Part shown: positions 20,085 through 31,434 of the stretch, in pieces
Layout of the letters: each line of letters begins with the position of its first letter
Numbering within the stretch: position 1 is the first letter of the stretch
DNA from: a virus
Lineage: Duplodnaviria > Caudoviricetes
Virus record (IMG/VR): IMGVR_UViG_3300027969_000100
Coordinates: 1-63,719 of that record
Strand: one strand, 5' to 3'
DNA: 63,719 nucleotides
Program-made: the position numbers and the translations under genes
The notes under the pieces: model-generated
Database searches by the model: none
What the model was told of the DNA's origin: nothing
What the model saw: only the letters and a program-made list of their open reading frames with translations

Positions 20085-20993
20085 ATGGGACTAGAAACAG
20101 CAGCCATAATTGGTATATCAACAGCAATAGCAAGTGCAGGAGCATCTGCTGGACAGGCTGTTAGCGCAGGACAAGCAGCTAGAAATGCAAGAAATAATTC
20201 AGAGATTGCTTTTGATAAAGCTATGAAAGAATTGAGCGCAAATCAAATGGCTAAAATTGGACTTCCAATGGATGTCATTGATCGTCAGCGTGATGCGATT
20301 ACATCATCAGCGGCACAAATTACTCGGCAAGCTGCTGAAGGTGAAGGCCGTGGTGTAGCTGCAACAGCAGGTCGTGTTCAGATGGCTGCACAAGAAGGGC
20401 AAAGAGATATAGCATCAGACATAGGTCAGCAATTAATGGGTCTTGAAACAGCAACCGCTCAAGAGGAGGCAAGATTAAGTGCGGCTAGAGCAAACCTAAA
20501 TTTGGCTGAGGCAGAAGGTGCTCAGGCAGCAGCTGCTCAGGCTGGAGCTCAACAAGATGCAGCTATTAAAGGAGTATTTACAGGACTACAATCAGCAGGC
20601 CAGCAATATCTAGAGGGTAGTGAGCTATATAAAAAGAATGAGGGAACTAAGGAGCTTGGAAATTTGAAGAAAGAATATGAAGCTGCTGTCAAGGACAACA
20701 AGGTTGGTAAAAGATTTCGAGATGCTCAGGGAAATATACTTCCATTTGAAGATATACTACCAAGAATACAGGCTCCTAATGTTGATTTATCTGGAGTGCA
20801 AAGTTTGAAAGGTACACAGATTACTGATTACTTTGTAAGTAAGCCATCAGTTACAAAATCTTTATTAGGAATGTCTTTCGAAGATGACAATTTGTTTCAA
20901 CCATCTGTAACTACAAGTGCTAATAAATTTATGCCTTCTGTTTCTGGAGTTAACCCTTCATTAAAGTTTAATACAAAAACTCTTGGATTTTAA
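20085..20993 (+). CDS. Putative internal virion/ejection protein
   Basis: Ala/Gly-rich hydrophobic N-terminus and Ala/Gln coiled coil. Confidence 0.55.
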   Translation: MGLETAAIIGISTAIASAGASAGQAVSAGQAARNARNNSEIAFDKAMKELSANQMAKIGLPMDVIDRQRDAITSSAAQITRQAAEGEGRGVAATAGRVQMAAQEGQRDIASDIGQQLMGLETATAQEEARLSAARANLNLAEAEGAQAAAAQAGAQQDAAIKGVFTGLQSAGQQYLEGSELYKKNEGTKELGNLKKEYEAAVKDNKVGKRFRDAQGNILPFEDILPRIQAPNVDLSGVQSLKGTQITDYFVSKPSVTKSLLGMSFEDDNLFQPSVTTSANKFMPSVSGVNPSLKFNTKTLGF

Positions 20994-20996
20994 TAT

Positions 20997-22442
20997 ATGG
21001 CAAGCTACTACAAATTTGCTGAGAGAGATGCTGACAGTTTTGTAAACTGGGCAGAGATTGGTAAGGGACTTACCGACATGCTTCAGGAACAGGTTAAAAT
21101 CCGTGAGGATAAGAGAACTGCTATAGACCAGGCTACTAGAGAGAATCTAAAGAAGGTGGCAGAGTCACCTACTGGAGACCACACTAGTCTTAATACTTGG
21201 ACCCTTGAGTATGCAGACAATGCAAGACAGGCTATCTTATTGCAGGATAGATTACTTAAGTCAGGTGCACTGAAGTTGAAGGACTATACTGTCATGAGAC
21301 AGAACCTTAACGATGGTACTGATGAGTTGTTTAGCGTTATTAAGAACTACCAAAATGCGTTCAAAGAGAAGAGAGATAGGATGATAAGCAATGATCCTGC
21401 TAATAAGTCTCAAGCTTTTGAGATGGACTTGATGGCATACTCTGAAATGTTTGGGGACTTCTCTAAGTCAAAGGCTATCATTGACCCTAATAACTTTATG
21501 GTTAATGTTGGTATCATGGAGCCAGACCCTGCGAATCAGGGGGTGATGAAAGTTGGGAAGCAGATTGCTCCTTCTGGATTCCTAAAGAAGATTCAGAATA
21601 CCAAGGTAGATTATTTCGATTCTTCTGCTGCTGCTGAGGCTGCAAGTAAAAGCTTTGGTGGATTTACTGAATCTACTATTCAAGATTTGAACAGGCTACA
21701 AGGTAAGGTGGTAACAATTGAGGATGTAAGGAGAAGACCTGGATATGAGGAGGCTATTAATGAAGAGCTTAATTCATTCTTCTCTAATCCATTTAACATG
21801 ACATCAATTCTTACTAATGATTTAGTTAAGGATAAGAATGGAAATGCATACGTGTCAAATATATCTGGTAAGAAGGGGAACGTAATTGAGTACGTGTATG
21901 ATCCTCAGTCAAACTACTATAAGCCAAAACTAACAGCAGAGCAAGAGCAAGCTGCTAGAGATTACATGAGACGTAAGATTGAGCAGAGACTTGATATAAA
22001 ACTTAAGGAAGATCCGTTCAATAAGCCACAACCACAAGTAGTAAAGGGTGAAGAACCAACTAGTGGGCCTCCTATTAATGTTCAGGATACATATTTATCA
22101 AGGGTTAAACAACAAACAGGATTGAGTGAAGATACTTTTTCAACTCAAAGATTAGATACTAAAAATAAACTTCAATCAATTCTTGCTAAAATTCCTAATG
22201 GTACTCAACTATCTATTGAACTAGATCCAAATTCAAGTGGGGGAATTAATCTTAAGGATGGAGAGAATGTAATTAAATCATTTAATCTCTATGAAACTAA
22301 TCCAGAAATTAGGAAAGGATATTTGAATGAATTTACAGAAATCATTTCTAACTTAGCTGGAACAGATGGTATGATTGATTACCTTTCAAGGACAGGAGGA
22401 ACACAACAATCAGGTGGATCAACTGGAGGAAGTTCTAGATAA
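20997..22442 (+). CDS. Putative internal virion/ejection protein
   Basis: Helical 481-aa ORF before the giant protein. Confidence 0.5.
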   Translation: MASYYKFAERDADSFVNWAEIGKGLTDMLQEQVKIREDKRTAIDQATRENLKKVAESPTGDHTSLNTWTLEYADNARQAILLQDRLLKSGALKLKDYTVMRQNLNDGTDELFSVIKNYQNAFKEKRDRMISNDPANKSQAFEMDLMAYSEMFGDFSKSKAIIDPNNFMVNVGIMEPDPANQGVMKVGKQIAPSGFLKKIQNTKVDYFDSSAAAEAASKSFGGFTESTIQDLNRLQGKVVTIEDVRRRPGYEEAINEELNSFFSNPFNMTSILTNDLVKDKNGNAYVSNISGKKGNVIEYVYDPQSNYYKPKLTAEQEQAARDYMRRKIEQRLDIKLKEDPFNKPQPQVVKGEEPTSGPPINVQDTYLSRVKQQTGLSEDTFSTQRLDTKNKLQSILAKIPNGTQLSIELDPNSSGGINLKDGENVIKSFNLYETNPEIRKGYLNEFTEIISNLAGTDGMIDYLSRTGGTQQSGGSTGGSSR

Positions 22443-22451
22443 TAAAAAAAA

Positions 22452-25400
22452 ATGGAAGAACAACTATTAAAAGATTACGTAGCAACATACTTAAATCCTA
22501 AGTATAATGGTGATTGGGATTTAGTTAATTCAAAGTTCCCTGAGTTATCTGGACTTGACAAGCAATTGTTAAAAGACTATGTAGCAACGTATACAAATCC
22601 AAAGTATAATGGAGATTGGGATGTGGTAAACTCAAAATTCCCAGAGTTATTTCCAGCAGGTAAGTCTGGTGCAGAAAGTCCTATGGCTATTCAGACTGCA
22701 CAAGAACAGCCAGTAAAAAAAAAAGATACGGCATCACCATTTGTGGATGGTGGTTCGGAGCTTACAAGATTTGATCCTGCAAGTGGGCAGGTTGTACAGG
22801 AGACTCCTGCGTTCACTCAGCCTAAGCCTGAAGTAAAGATACCTGAGCAGAAGCTACCTGCACGTACTGAGTTTCAGTTCCAGCCAGGAAAGCCTTTGCC
22901 TGAGCAGAAGACAGCACCACTTCCAAAGTTTGTTGAGGAGCAGTTATCTGCTGTTAAACCAGAGCTTATAGGAAAGACTGAAGAGAATGTTGTTCCACAA
23001 CTTAAGTATCAGTTTGGTCCACTAGGATTTAAGTTCGAGCAGACTAGAGCTGGAGATTACATGATGGCTACATCTCCATCGGGAGAGTCTATTTATATTT
23101 CTTTAGACGTTGTAGATAACAAGGATAGGGAGACAGAAGCCAATAAGCTAAACGCATTTTTAAGAAAGGGTGCCACCACTGTAAAGAACTTATCTACTTT
23201 ACAGAAGCAGTACACAGATGCCAACAAGAAGATTGTGTCTCAGAAGGAACTTGATGAGTCTCTGGCAAGCATCAATGCAGAGGAAACCAAAATCATGGCA
23301 AGGAATGCTGAGTTTGTTAAGGCACAGAATAAACTAGAGGCAGAGAAAGCACAACTAGAAAGTGTTCCTGTACAGCAAAGAAACAATCCAGCTTACATTG
23401 CTAGAGTAAATGACTTTATTGAAAGAGCTGACCAGTTCAGTGGTGAGTTCCAGACATTCGCAAAAGATGCTGAAGACTTATCAAAGAGAGGACAGCAATT
23501 AAATAAGTCTATAGGTAAGTATACTGAGATGAAGGCTGAGCAAGGCACATGGTATGGTGCTGCTTTAAATGCCTTTGCCAATAAGTCTTATTATGAAATG
23601 GCTAAAGGTTTATCCGGTGTAGCTGTTGACTTTATAGGTGAGGTGATTTCAGCTACTGGATTACCAATAATGAGTCCAGAAAACTATGAGAAAACATTCA
23701 TCGAGCAAGCCAAGAAAGAAGGAATAAATGTTACTGAAGGTGAGGACTTTATATCATTGGCTAATAAGCTTGACCCTGAAACTCTTGCTAAGATAGAGAA
23801 TAGAGTTATAGATGCAGGGAAGAAAAGTGTAAAGGGAGAAGTTGTAGGTGGTTTAGATAAGGCTTCTAAGATGATTATGGAATCGTCAGGGGTTTCTCCT
23901 GAGTACTATAGATCAATTGAAGAAACATTTGTTGGAGGTGCCTTACTCGGTGCGTTGACATCTATACCAGCTATGGCAGGTGGCCCAGTAACACGAACAA
24001 TATTAATGGGATCTCAAGTACTCTCAGGACTAGATACTGAGATGGCTAACAATCCTGAGTTCGCAGATATATCAGAAAATGAAAAGCTATTAGTTAAGGC
24101 TCCAATTGCAGTAGCTGTTGGTGTACTAGAAAGCCTTGGTCTAAGTAACTTATTAAAGCAGAAGGGCTTCTTAAATGGCATAGTGCTTAAGGCACTTGGT
24201 AAGGTAGGGACAGGTGCAAGCTATAAGACATTTGGTGAGGTAATTAAGAATGAGGTAGAGAGTGCTGTAGACAGAGGAGCATTGACTCTAGGTGCTGGCT
24301 TCCTAGCTGAAGCTGAAACAGGAGCACTACAGGAAGTAGCTGACATAGGTATTAAAGAAATCTATAACATGGCTAAGGAGAAGGAGATGTTTGATACTCC
24401 TGATTCTGTAGTTAAGTTTATAGAACAGGTAGGCAAGGCTGGTTTACAGGAAGGTATTGGTGCAGGTGTACTTAGTGTACCCGGATCTGTATCTGCTGCC
24501 TATACTGGCAAGGGATTCTTAGGCATGGATGATGCTCAGTTTGCTATGTTTGAAAAGATGGCAAATGACTCGAACATTCAGAAGGGATTTGTTGCTAGGC
24601 TCAAGTCCAGAATTAATAACGGTGAGATTACTGCTGCTGAAGGCAAGGACATACTTAATAATTACAGAAATTCTGTAGGCTTATTCAACTCATTGCCTGA
24701 GAACCTTGACATGCAAGGGAAGAAGGAGGCAATGAACTTGCTTAAGGAGAAGCGTGACTTGGAACGTCAGATTGATGGCAAGGATCAGGCATTAACTACT
24801 CCTCAGCGTAATAGAGTAAACGAAATAAATCAACAACTTACTAAACTATCAGAAGATGCCATTCAAGAGCAAGCAGCAGGTCAAGTACCTGTACAGCCAG
24901 GAGCCACAGTTAGCCAAGAAGTGGCGCAAGGAGAACCCCAAGCAGAACCTCAAGGCGTTGCCGAAGAAGGTCAAGTCCAAGAAGTAGCACCTGTATCTCC
25001 AGCTGTATCTCCAGCTATATCTCCTATTCAAGAAGCAACTCCACAAGTAGACTTTACTGAAGCTGAAGTAAATGCGCTTTCAGATTTATTAGATAAGAGC
25101 GAGTCTGAAGGTAAGAATCTTCCTGAGGTATTCCAGCTAGAGACTACCACAGATAATGAAGGAAAGAAGCAGGTACTTGTAGAGTCAGCTACTAAGCTAA
25201 TGGAGACTGTTAGTGATGACTTATCATCTACTTCAAAGCCTACTAATGCTCCAACTATGGAGACAACCCCAATAGTTATAACTGAGAATACAGAACTTAC
25301 CAATAAGGTATCAAGATTCCCACTTGTTGATCTCATAAAGAAGAAGATAAATCTTGTTATGGCTGATCAATTAAAGGTAGGGGATGGGTTTATGGGGGGT

Positions 25401-28400
25401 CCATTGTTCCCACTTATTGATGGGATTTTTGGTAAGGCAGCATGGGCATCTATAAATCTAGATGCTGCTAGAAAAATTGTAAGGGGTGCTATAAATGGTG
25501 ACTATAGTGTGGTGTTTAATATGAATCCAACTGCTGTTGATTCAAACACTGCATTTATGGATACCTTTATTAAGAAATTAAATGAGGCTGGCATAAAAGA
25601 AAATGTGCTTGTTGAATTAAAATCTTATGTGAAGGACAAGAAGTTCGGAAAGAAGACAGATCAGATAAGAAAGATTGCTGAGACATCAAATACAATTGAT
25701 GAGTTCTCTGAAAAATTATCTGAACTAGATGTCGATACCATATCTGATTTCGTAAAGAAAATTATTCCTTCAAAGAGTGTGGTTGCAGAGACCGCAATCG
25801 GAAAGATTCTACAGGCTCAGAACATTACTCAAGAAGATATTAGAGGTGAGATATCAGAGCAGCTTGCTAAGGACTTGCCTATGGGGGCAATGACTATGGT
25901 CCTTAAGATCACAGATGCAAATGGTAATCCTGTTACTGAAAAGAATATTGACGATGCGATTATAACTCCTGAGCAGCAGAAGGCTGAAGGAATCCCATCA
26001 CATAGGAATTATCCTTTCTATGTTAGAGGTACAGCCCTTGGTATACTAGATAGCACAGTTCCTTTTTGGAATATGTCAAAGGCTGCAATGAGTACTATCA
26101 ATGCAAAGGTAGCCAAGGTAATAAGAAACAATGAGGGTAAGGCATACAGTGCTTCACAGGCTCGTGCTGCTGCTATGAGGTCCGCTTCAATGAAGGCTTC
26201 TAAAGCATTCACTACTCAGGCTCCTACTAAATCTACTTATCAACAATTTATAGAGAGGTTGTCAAAGGCAATACCTTCTGTTGAGGTAGTGACATCTCAA
26301 AAACAATTCGATGATCTTCTTACAAACTTGAATGCTAAGTCCTTGGCTACAAAGAACCAGAAGATTTATGGAGCAGTTCTAGATGGTAAGCTATATCTTA
26401 ATCCATCTCTTGAGAATTTTAACACACCTATCCACGAGTTCGCTCACGTTTGGACCAATACTATTAAGGAACTATCCCCTGAGATTTATCAAAAGGGTAT
26501 AGAACTTATTAAAGGATCTGACTATGTTTCTCAGATAGAAGCAAGTAAAGACTACAAGCGTATTACTGATAAGATGAAAAAGGATGGTGCAACTGATCAA
26601 GAGATAAGCGATTATATTCTTGAGGAGGCACTGGCTACAGCTATTGGAGATAAGGGTGAGTCATTTGCTACAGCTGCTCAGCAGAGAAACTTTAAGAACT
26701 GGCTTAATGATTTATTTGCATTCATTAAAAAGCTTACCGGTATATCAAAGTTAACTCCAGAGCAGATACAGAATATAAGCTTGGATGATTTCTTGAATAG
26801 TGTTGTAGTTGACCTATTGTCTGAGAACAAGTTATTTAAAAATGCAGAGGTAAATAATCTGAGCAATCAGCTACAGCTCATGGCGAAGCCTGACTTGAAG
26901 GCAGATGATATTGTAAAGATTGGACTTGCTAATGGGTTTTCTGTTCCAGCTATAAAGGAGCTGCTAAGCAGAAGAGGATTCACTGAGCAGGCTATCAATG
27001 AAGCATTGGGCAAGCAGACACCTGCCGCTAAGAAGGTTGAGGTAACTGAGGAGTTTGCTCCAGGGTATGACCGAATGATTGGTCAGCTTGAGGGTGTGGT
27101 TGAGAAGTCACTGAAGCGTGGTACCACTCAGGCTAAAGCAATGGAGAATGCCATCAACTATCTCCAGGGTACTAAGGTATACGAGAACGCTACTGATGTA
27201 CAGCGTGAGACTATGGTCCGTGATGTGAACAAGCGATTCAAGAAGCGTGAGAAGCGTGCTCCTAGTGCTAAGAAAGTATTGGGACAGAAGAAAGATGTTG
27301 TAACAATCACCGTTGATTTAGCTAAGGAGAGAGATAGAATAATTAAGGAACAGATAAAGCAAGCTAAGGAAGTTACTGGTGACCTTAACGAGAAGAGAGC
27401 AGCATTGGCTAATTCAATACGTTTGTTTGAAGATGGAGGAGTTATAACGACTGCTCAAACTAAGACCATAGTAAATAGAATTAGTAAGGTCAATCTAAAT
27501 AATCCTATCATGGTTGATAGGTTGCTTGCATACATTGAGAAGGTATTCGACAATGCCAACTATGCAGCTGACATGACTGAGCTAAGAAAGCTACAACGTC
27601 AGGCAAGAACCAAGAAGCATACATCAATGAAGGACTTTGTTGATAGGTTTACTTTTATTAATCCAGAGCTTATCCCACTTGATAGACTACAAGACTACAA
27701 GGAAGCACTTGACTTCTTGAATAATAGAACTCCTTCTTATGCTAGGATGAATGAAATGCTTCCTGAGATTGAATCTTACGAATTATCTGAAAAGTTTGAT
27801 TCTGTTAAGACTATAGATGACATTAAAGAAAAATACAAAGGAATAAGATTAAACAAAGTAGAAAGTGTTGAAGAATACGTTGCACTTATAAAGGATATAA
27901 ACTCAATAAAGAGAAAGTTATATCAGTTACTTGAGAATGAAGTAATCAGTCAACAGGAATATGATATTCAGGTTACTATTATTGGTGAAGACCAATTAAA
28001 AGTAGAAAATAATTATGCAGTACAAATTACTAAAATAAAGAAGGACTTAATCGCTGAGATAAATAAGCAGCGACCAAAGACTAACCCTGAATTTACTAAG
28101 GAAGAAAATGATTTAATCAAAGAATACCTAGAGCTTAACGATGCTGACCTTGAGAGTCTATCTCCTGAGGACCTGTTTGTACTAAATGATTTGCTTGAGA
28201 ACGTAAGCAATGGAGAGATTGACTACTATAGATTTAAGAACGTAGTGTCAAAGGCAGCCAATAACAAGGCTGGTGTTGAGGTTGGTAAGCAGTTAAAAAC
28301 GTCTAAGTTAAGTCTTGGGTCAGCAGAATTGAGAAAGAAAATGGCTCAGTTTGAAAGCTCATTCTGGGAGGGGCTTCTTGGTTTAGGTAGAGCTACATCA

Positions 28401-30800
28401 GGTCCACTACAGAAGTTTATTATCTCTCCTTTTAACAGAGCAATTGGATCATACGAAAAGTTTTTAAGAGATGGATACAATGATTTCTTAAAGCTTAAGA
28501 AGAAGTATAAGATTGATGACTCTAAGTTGTTTAAAAGCACCAAGCAAATGCAAAAGATAGGTATGCTAACCACATACCTTCAAGAGTACATGGCTCAGTT
28601 TGACCCTAAGAACAAAGGCATTAAGGATATTGGTAAACGTGATTGGTTCAAGGAAATCTTAGCTACCGAAACCATGAGAGATGACTACTCACCTGAAGAG
28701 CTTAAGATTATTGAAGAGATTCATGAGAGTCTACCTAAAGATAAGGATGGTAATGTAGATCCTAAGGCGGTATACGATAGCTACATAGCTAACGATGGTA
28801 AGTTCTTTACCAAGAATGAGAAGGGATTCTTTGATGCAGTAATGGAGTGGAAGAAGAATAACTCAACATCAAAGCAGAAGGCAGCTAATGAGATGAGTGG
28901 TAATGCATTCAAGGAGATTCCTTTCCATATGCTTAGATCAAGATACTCTGGACAAACTTCACAAATTACTCCATCAACATCTGGTGATAATGGTATGATC
29001 CGAATCAAGGCTGGTACCGGTAAGGAGAGAGCAAGCGAAGCAGTAGGTGCAATCAATACAAACTTTGAGAAGCTATTCATCAAAGGACTTGAGCAAACTG
29101 GTAGAGATTACTTCTTGTCTAAGACACTGAAGGATATCAACAACGTGTTGGCATCTGCTAAAAAAGAACTTAATGGAGATAAGGACCCTCTAGTTAAGGC
29201 TATATCTTATACGCTATCTGATGCATTGGCTTACGAGTTCAGTGATACAGCTAGTCAGAACATATTGAAGAGATTGGTTCAGGCAAGAGCTGCCATGACA
29301 TTGTTCGATCCTATCAGAGCAGGAGTTGAATTTACATCTACTCTACTATCCTTTGGTCTAAGAGCCAGAACATTATCTGGATACAAGAATTTATTCGGTA
29401 GTCAGGGAGAGATGAGAAATCTACTTGAGTTCACGGATAGCCCATTAAGACTACGTCAGAATATCAACAATGCAATTGATATCAATGATGGAAGGATTGA
29501 ACCACAGGGTATGCTTATGAAGTGGACTAGCTTCCTATCTGGTCTACCAGAAAGAACGATGATGGTTACATCATGGATGCCAACATTCACTAGTGAGTTT
29601 CAGAATATCACAAAGGAGAAGTTCGACATGAAGAAGTTTAATGATAGCGAAGCATACAGAGAGAAGTATGGTAAGGCAATCAAAGAAGCTTCTGCTGTGG
29701 CTGATGCTCAGACTGAGAAGATTGTTGGTCCAACTACAAAGGCAGGACAGAGAAGAGACATTGTAATTTTCCCTGGTAAAACTGTTGGTAGAGACACGGT
29801 GTCTGGCCAGATCCTTGGCTTCTTTAGTAACTATCCTTATCGAGAAGTAACTGAATTTGTAAATGGATTTAAGGAAGCAGGTGAGGTATTAAAGAAGGCT
29901 GATACAGTAGAAGCAATCAGTCAGTTGCAAAAGCCACTGGGTATTGCATTGAACGTAGCTGCTTATGGATTCTTGTCATCAGTAGTATACGCCTCCAGAT
30001 TAATTCTTCTTGGAGACGATGATGAAGAGGAGAGAGGCAACAAGTTACTTGAGGAGTTGATGACTGCTAAAGGATTCATTGAGGAGACAGCGGCAAATGC
30101 AGCAGCATTAGCGGCAAGTAAGTACGCAGGTGGAGGTAGAGCTATTCTACAAGTACTAGGTACACTTGGGATTATGATGACTGACAATGAGGAAACAAAG
30201 GCTACAATTAAAAAGATGCTAAAGGGAAGTGTGTATGTAGATCCATTACCAACTCAGAAGTTAACTGGATATGGTACCGCTGACAAAGTAAATACAGCAA
30301 TACTAAAATACATCCCTCAGTTTGTGGTTCTTAGTAATGTAATTATAGATGGCTTAGGTGGATTGAATGAAATCAAAGCTATATACGACAAGGTAGAAAG
30401 CAAAGGAGTGAATGCACTAACAGAAGATGAGGAGCTAAGAGTACTAGCATTGAGCGTTATGTTTACTGCAACTCAATTGTACTTAAACTATAAGGGATCA
30501 TCGTTGCCATCTTATAACACCTTGAAGGCAGGAATGAAAACAGTAAAGGAGGAAGCAGGAGTTGCTGATATATCTGCTGGAAAAGTACCTGCTAAAAAGA
30601 AATCATCTAGTGGTGGTGGAGGCAGCAGAGCCAAGACAATGAACAAGACTGACCTGAAGAAATATAACCGTGAGTTATATGATCAGATGTATGGTAAGGG
30701 ATCTGCTACTTATGAGATAGAGCAGGAGATAAAAGCCTTCGAGAAGGAACAACGAGAGTTTAAAAAGGATATCAAGGATAGAGTTTTTGGTGGGGACTAA
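22452..30800 (+). CDS. Giant (2782 aa) internal virion/polyvalent protein with zincin-like metallopeptidase motif
   Basis: LYLNP...TPIHEFAHVW...EEALATAIG; last gene of the structural operon; N-terminal 34-aa tandem repeat. Confidence 0.7.
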   Translation: MEEQLLKDYVATYLNPKYNGDWDLVNSKFPELSGLDKQLLKDYVATYTNPKYNGDWDVVNSKFPELFPAGKSGAESPMAIQTAQEQPVKKKDTASPFVDGGSELTRFDPASGQVVQETPAFTQPKPEVKIPEQKLPARTEFQFQPGKPLPEQKTAPLPKFVEEQLSAVKPELIGKTEENVVPQLKYQFGPLGFKFEQTRAGDYMMATSPSGESIYISLDVVDNKDRETEANKLNAFLRKGATTVKNLSTLQKQYTDANKKIVSQKELDESLASINAEETKIMARNAEFVKAQNKLEAEKAQLESVPVQQRNNPAYIARVNDFIERADQFSGEFQTFAKDAEDLSKRGQQLNKSIGKYTEMKAEQGTWYGAALNAFANKSYYEMAKGLSGVAVDFIGEVISATGLPIMSPENYEKTFIEQAKKEGINVTEGEDFISLANKLDPETLAKIENRVIDAGKKSVKGEVVGGLDKASKMIMESSGVSPEYYRSIEETFVGGALLGALTSIPAMAGGPVTRTILMGSQVLSGLDTEMANNPEFADISENEKLLVKAPIAVAVGVLESLGLSNLLKQKGFLNGIVLKALGKVGTGASYKTFGEVIKNEVESAVDRGALTLGAGFLAEAETGALQEVADIGIKEIYNMAKEKEMFDTPDSVVKFIEQVGKAGLQEGIGAGVLSVPGSVSAAYTGKGFLGMDDAQFAMFEKMANDSNIQKGFVARLKSRINNGEITAAEGKDILNNYRNSVGLFNSLPENLDMQGKKEAMNLLKEKRDLERQIDGKDQALTTPQRNRVNEINQQLTKLSEDAIQEQAAGQVPVQPGATVSQEVAQGEPQAEPQGVAEEGQVQEVAPVSPAVSPAISPIQEATPQVDFTEAEVNALSDLLDKSESEGKNLPEVFQLETTTDNEGKKQVLVESATKLMETVSDDLSSTSKPTNAPTMETTPIVITENTELTNKVSRFPLVDLIKKKINLVMADQLKVGDGFMGGPLFPLIDGIFGKAAWASINLDAARKIVRGAINGDYSVVFNMNPTAVDSNTAFMDTFIKKLNEAGIKENVLVELKSYVKDKKFGKKTDQIRKIAETSNTIDEFSEKLSELDVDTISDFVKKIIPSKSVVAETAIGKILQAQNITQEDIRGEISEQLAKDLPMGAMTMVLKITDANGNPVTEKNIDDAIITPEQQKAEGIPSHRNYPFYVRGTALGILDSTVPFWNMSKAAMSTINAKVAKVIRNNEGKAYSASQARAAAMRSASMKASKAFTTQAPTKSTYQQFIERLSKAIPSVEVVTSQKQFDDLLTNLNAKSLATKNQKIYGAVLDGKLYLNPSLENFNTPIHEFAHVWTNTIKELSPEIYQKGIELIKGSDYVSQIEASKDYKRITDKMKKDGATDQEISDYILEEALATAIGDKGESFATAAQQRNFKNWLNDLFAFIKKLTGISKLTPEQIQNISLDDFLNSVVVDLLSENKLFKNAEVNNLSNQLQLMAKPDLKADDIVKIGLANGFSVPAIKELLSRRGFTEQAINEALGKQTPAAKKVEVTEEFAPGYDRMIGQLEGVVEKSLKRGTTQAKAMENAINYLQGTKVYENATDVQRETMVRDVNKRFKKREKRAPSAKKVLGQKKDVVTITVDLAKERDRIIKEQIKQAKEVTGDLNEKRAALANSIRLFEDGGVITTAQTKTIVNRISKVNLNNPIMVDRLLAYIEKVFDNANYAADMTELRKLQRQARTKKHTSMKDFVDRFTFINPELIPLDRLQDYKEALDFLNNRTPSYARMNEMLPEIESYELSEKFDSVKTIDDIKEKYKGIRLNKVESVEEYVALIKDINSIKRKLYQLLENEVISQQEYDIQVTIIGEDQLKVENNYAVQITKIKKDLIAEINKQRPKTNPEFTKEENDLIKEYLELNDADLESLSPEDLFVLNDLLENVSNGEIDYYRFKNVVSKAANNKAGVEVGKQLKTSKLSLGSAELRKKMAQFESSFWEGLLGLGRATSGPLQKFIISPFNRAIGSYEKFLRDGYNDFLKLKKKYKIDDSKLFKSTKQMQKIGMLTTYLQEYMAQFDPKNKGIKDIGKRDWFKEILATETMRDDYSPEELKIIEEIHESLPKDKDGNVDPKAVYDSYIANDGKFFTKNEKGFFDAVMEWKKNNSTSKQKAANEMSGNAFKEIPFHMLRSRYSGQTSQITPSTSGDNGMIRIKAGTGKERASEAVGAINTNFEKLFIKGLEQTGRDYFLSKTLKDINNVLASAKKELNGDKDPLVKAISYTLSDALAYEFSDTASQNILKRLVQARAAMTLFDPIRAGVEFTSTLLSFGLRARTLSGYKNLFGSQGEMRNLLEFTDSPLRLRQNINNAIDINDGRIEPQGMLMKWTSFLSGLPERTMMVTSWMPTFTSEFQNITKEKFDMKKFNDSEAYREKYGKAIKEASAVADAQTEKIVGPTTKAGQRRDIVIFPGKTVGRDTVSGQILGFFSNYPYREVTEFVNGFKEAGEVLKKADTVEAISQLQKPLGIALNVAAYGFLSSVVYASRLILLGDDDEEERGNKLLEELMTAKGFIEETAANAAALAASKYAGGGRAILQVLGTLGIMMTDNEETKATIKKMLKGSVYVDPLPTQKLTGYGTADKVNTAILKYIPQFVVLSNVIIDGLGGLNEIKAIYDKVESKGVNALTEDEELRVLALSVMFTATQLYLNYKGSSLPSYNTLKAGMKTVKEEAGVADISAGKVPAKKKSSSGGGGSRAKTMNKTDLKKYNRELYDQMYGKGSATYEIEQEIKAFEKEQREFKKDIKDRVFGGD

Positions 30801-30994
30801 AAGTCTTCCCCATATTCTATGGTCTTGATGATATCTCTCAGGTCTTTTATCAAGGACTTCACCTCATCCTTAACGGATACGTACTCCCTGTCCACGAGCT
30901 TCTCGTAGATGGTGCTGATGCTATCATGGAAGCCTTCTGTAGTGAAGGCTATCCTTGAAGCTCTGTCTCTTTCTTGTTGGAGTGTTCCATCCAT
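30797..30994 (-). CDS. Hypothetical protein
   Basis: Last ORF of the leftward operon, convergent with the giant gene. Confidence 0.55.
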   Translation of the reverse strand: MDGTLQQERDRASRIAFTTEGFHDSISTIYEKLVDREYVSVKDEVKSLIKDLRDIIKTIEYGEDF

Positions 30995-31434
30995 TCTTTC
31001 TCAGTTATAAAATTGTAAATAGGTCTCATTCTTTCTTTGAGTAATCTAATCTCCTGCTTAAGTGCCTCATTCTCTTGCACTAATCTACCAACAATATTGT
31101 ATGAATCAACGGGTTCATCCCTAAATTTATTCATAACCACCATCTCCTTGCACTTCAGATATAAACTTCTAAATTTTGAATCCAGTTCAACAAGGTCATT
31201 GAATCTTTTAAGGTAGTACTCAGCAGCGTATCTGCTCTTCTTTAAGTTGTATGCTATGCTCTCAACGTGCATGCCTGTGTCCTTTAGTAGTGAGGAGAAT
31301 ATCATTCTGGCTTCCACCTCACCACGGTACCTTGTGGTGGATAGGATACGTTCTCCTGTTACTAGCTCAACGATGTTCCGTAGCCCATCAATCTTATTTC
31401 TCTCTTCCGTAAAAGAGCTCTGCTTTGATTCCAT
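30949..31434 (-). CDS. DnaA domain IV-like DNA-binding protein
   Basis: ILSTTRYRGEVEARMIF...VESIAYNLKK pattern. Confidence 0.45.
   Translation of the reverse strand: MESKQSSFTEERNKIDGLRNIVELVTGERILSTTRYRGEVEARMIFSSLLKDTGMHVESIAYNLKKSRYAAEYYLKRFNDLVELDSKFRSLYLKCKEMVVMNKFRDEPVDSYNIVGRLVQENEALKQEIRLLKERMRPIYNFITEKEWMEHSNKKETELQG

Noticed and set aside
22452-30800. crAss-like virion RNA polymerase
   Set aside because: No DxDxD catalytic motif was spotted in the translation; a structure search is needed to exclude it fully.
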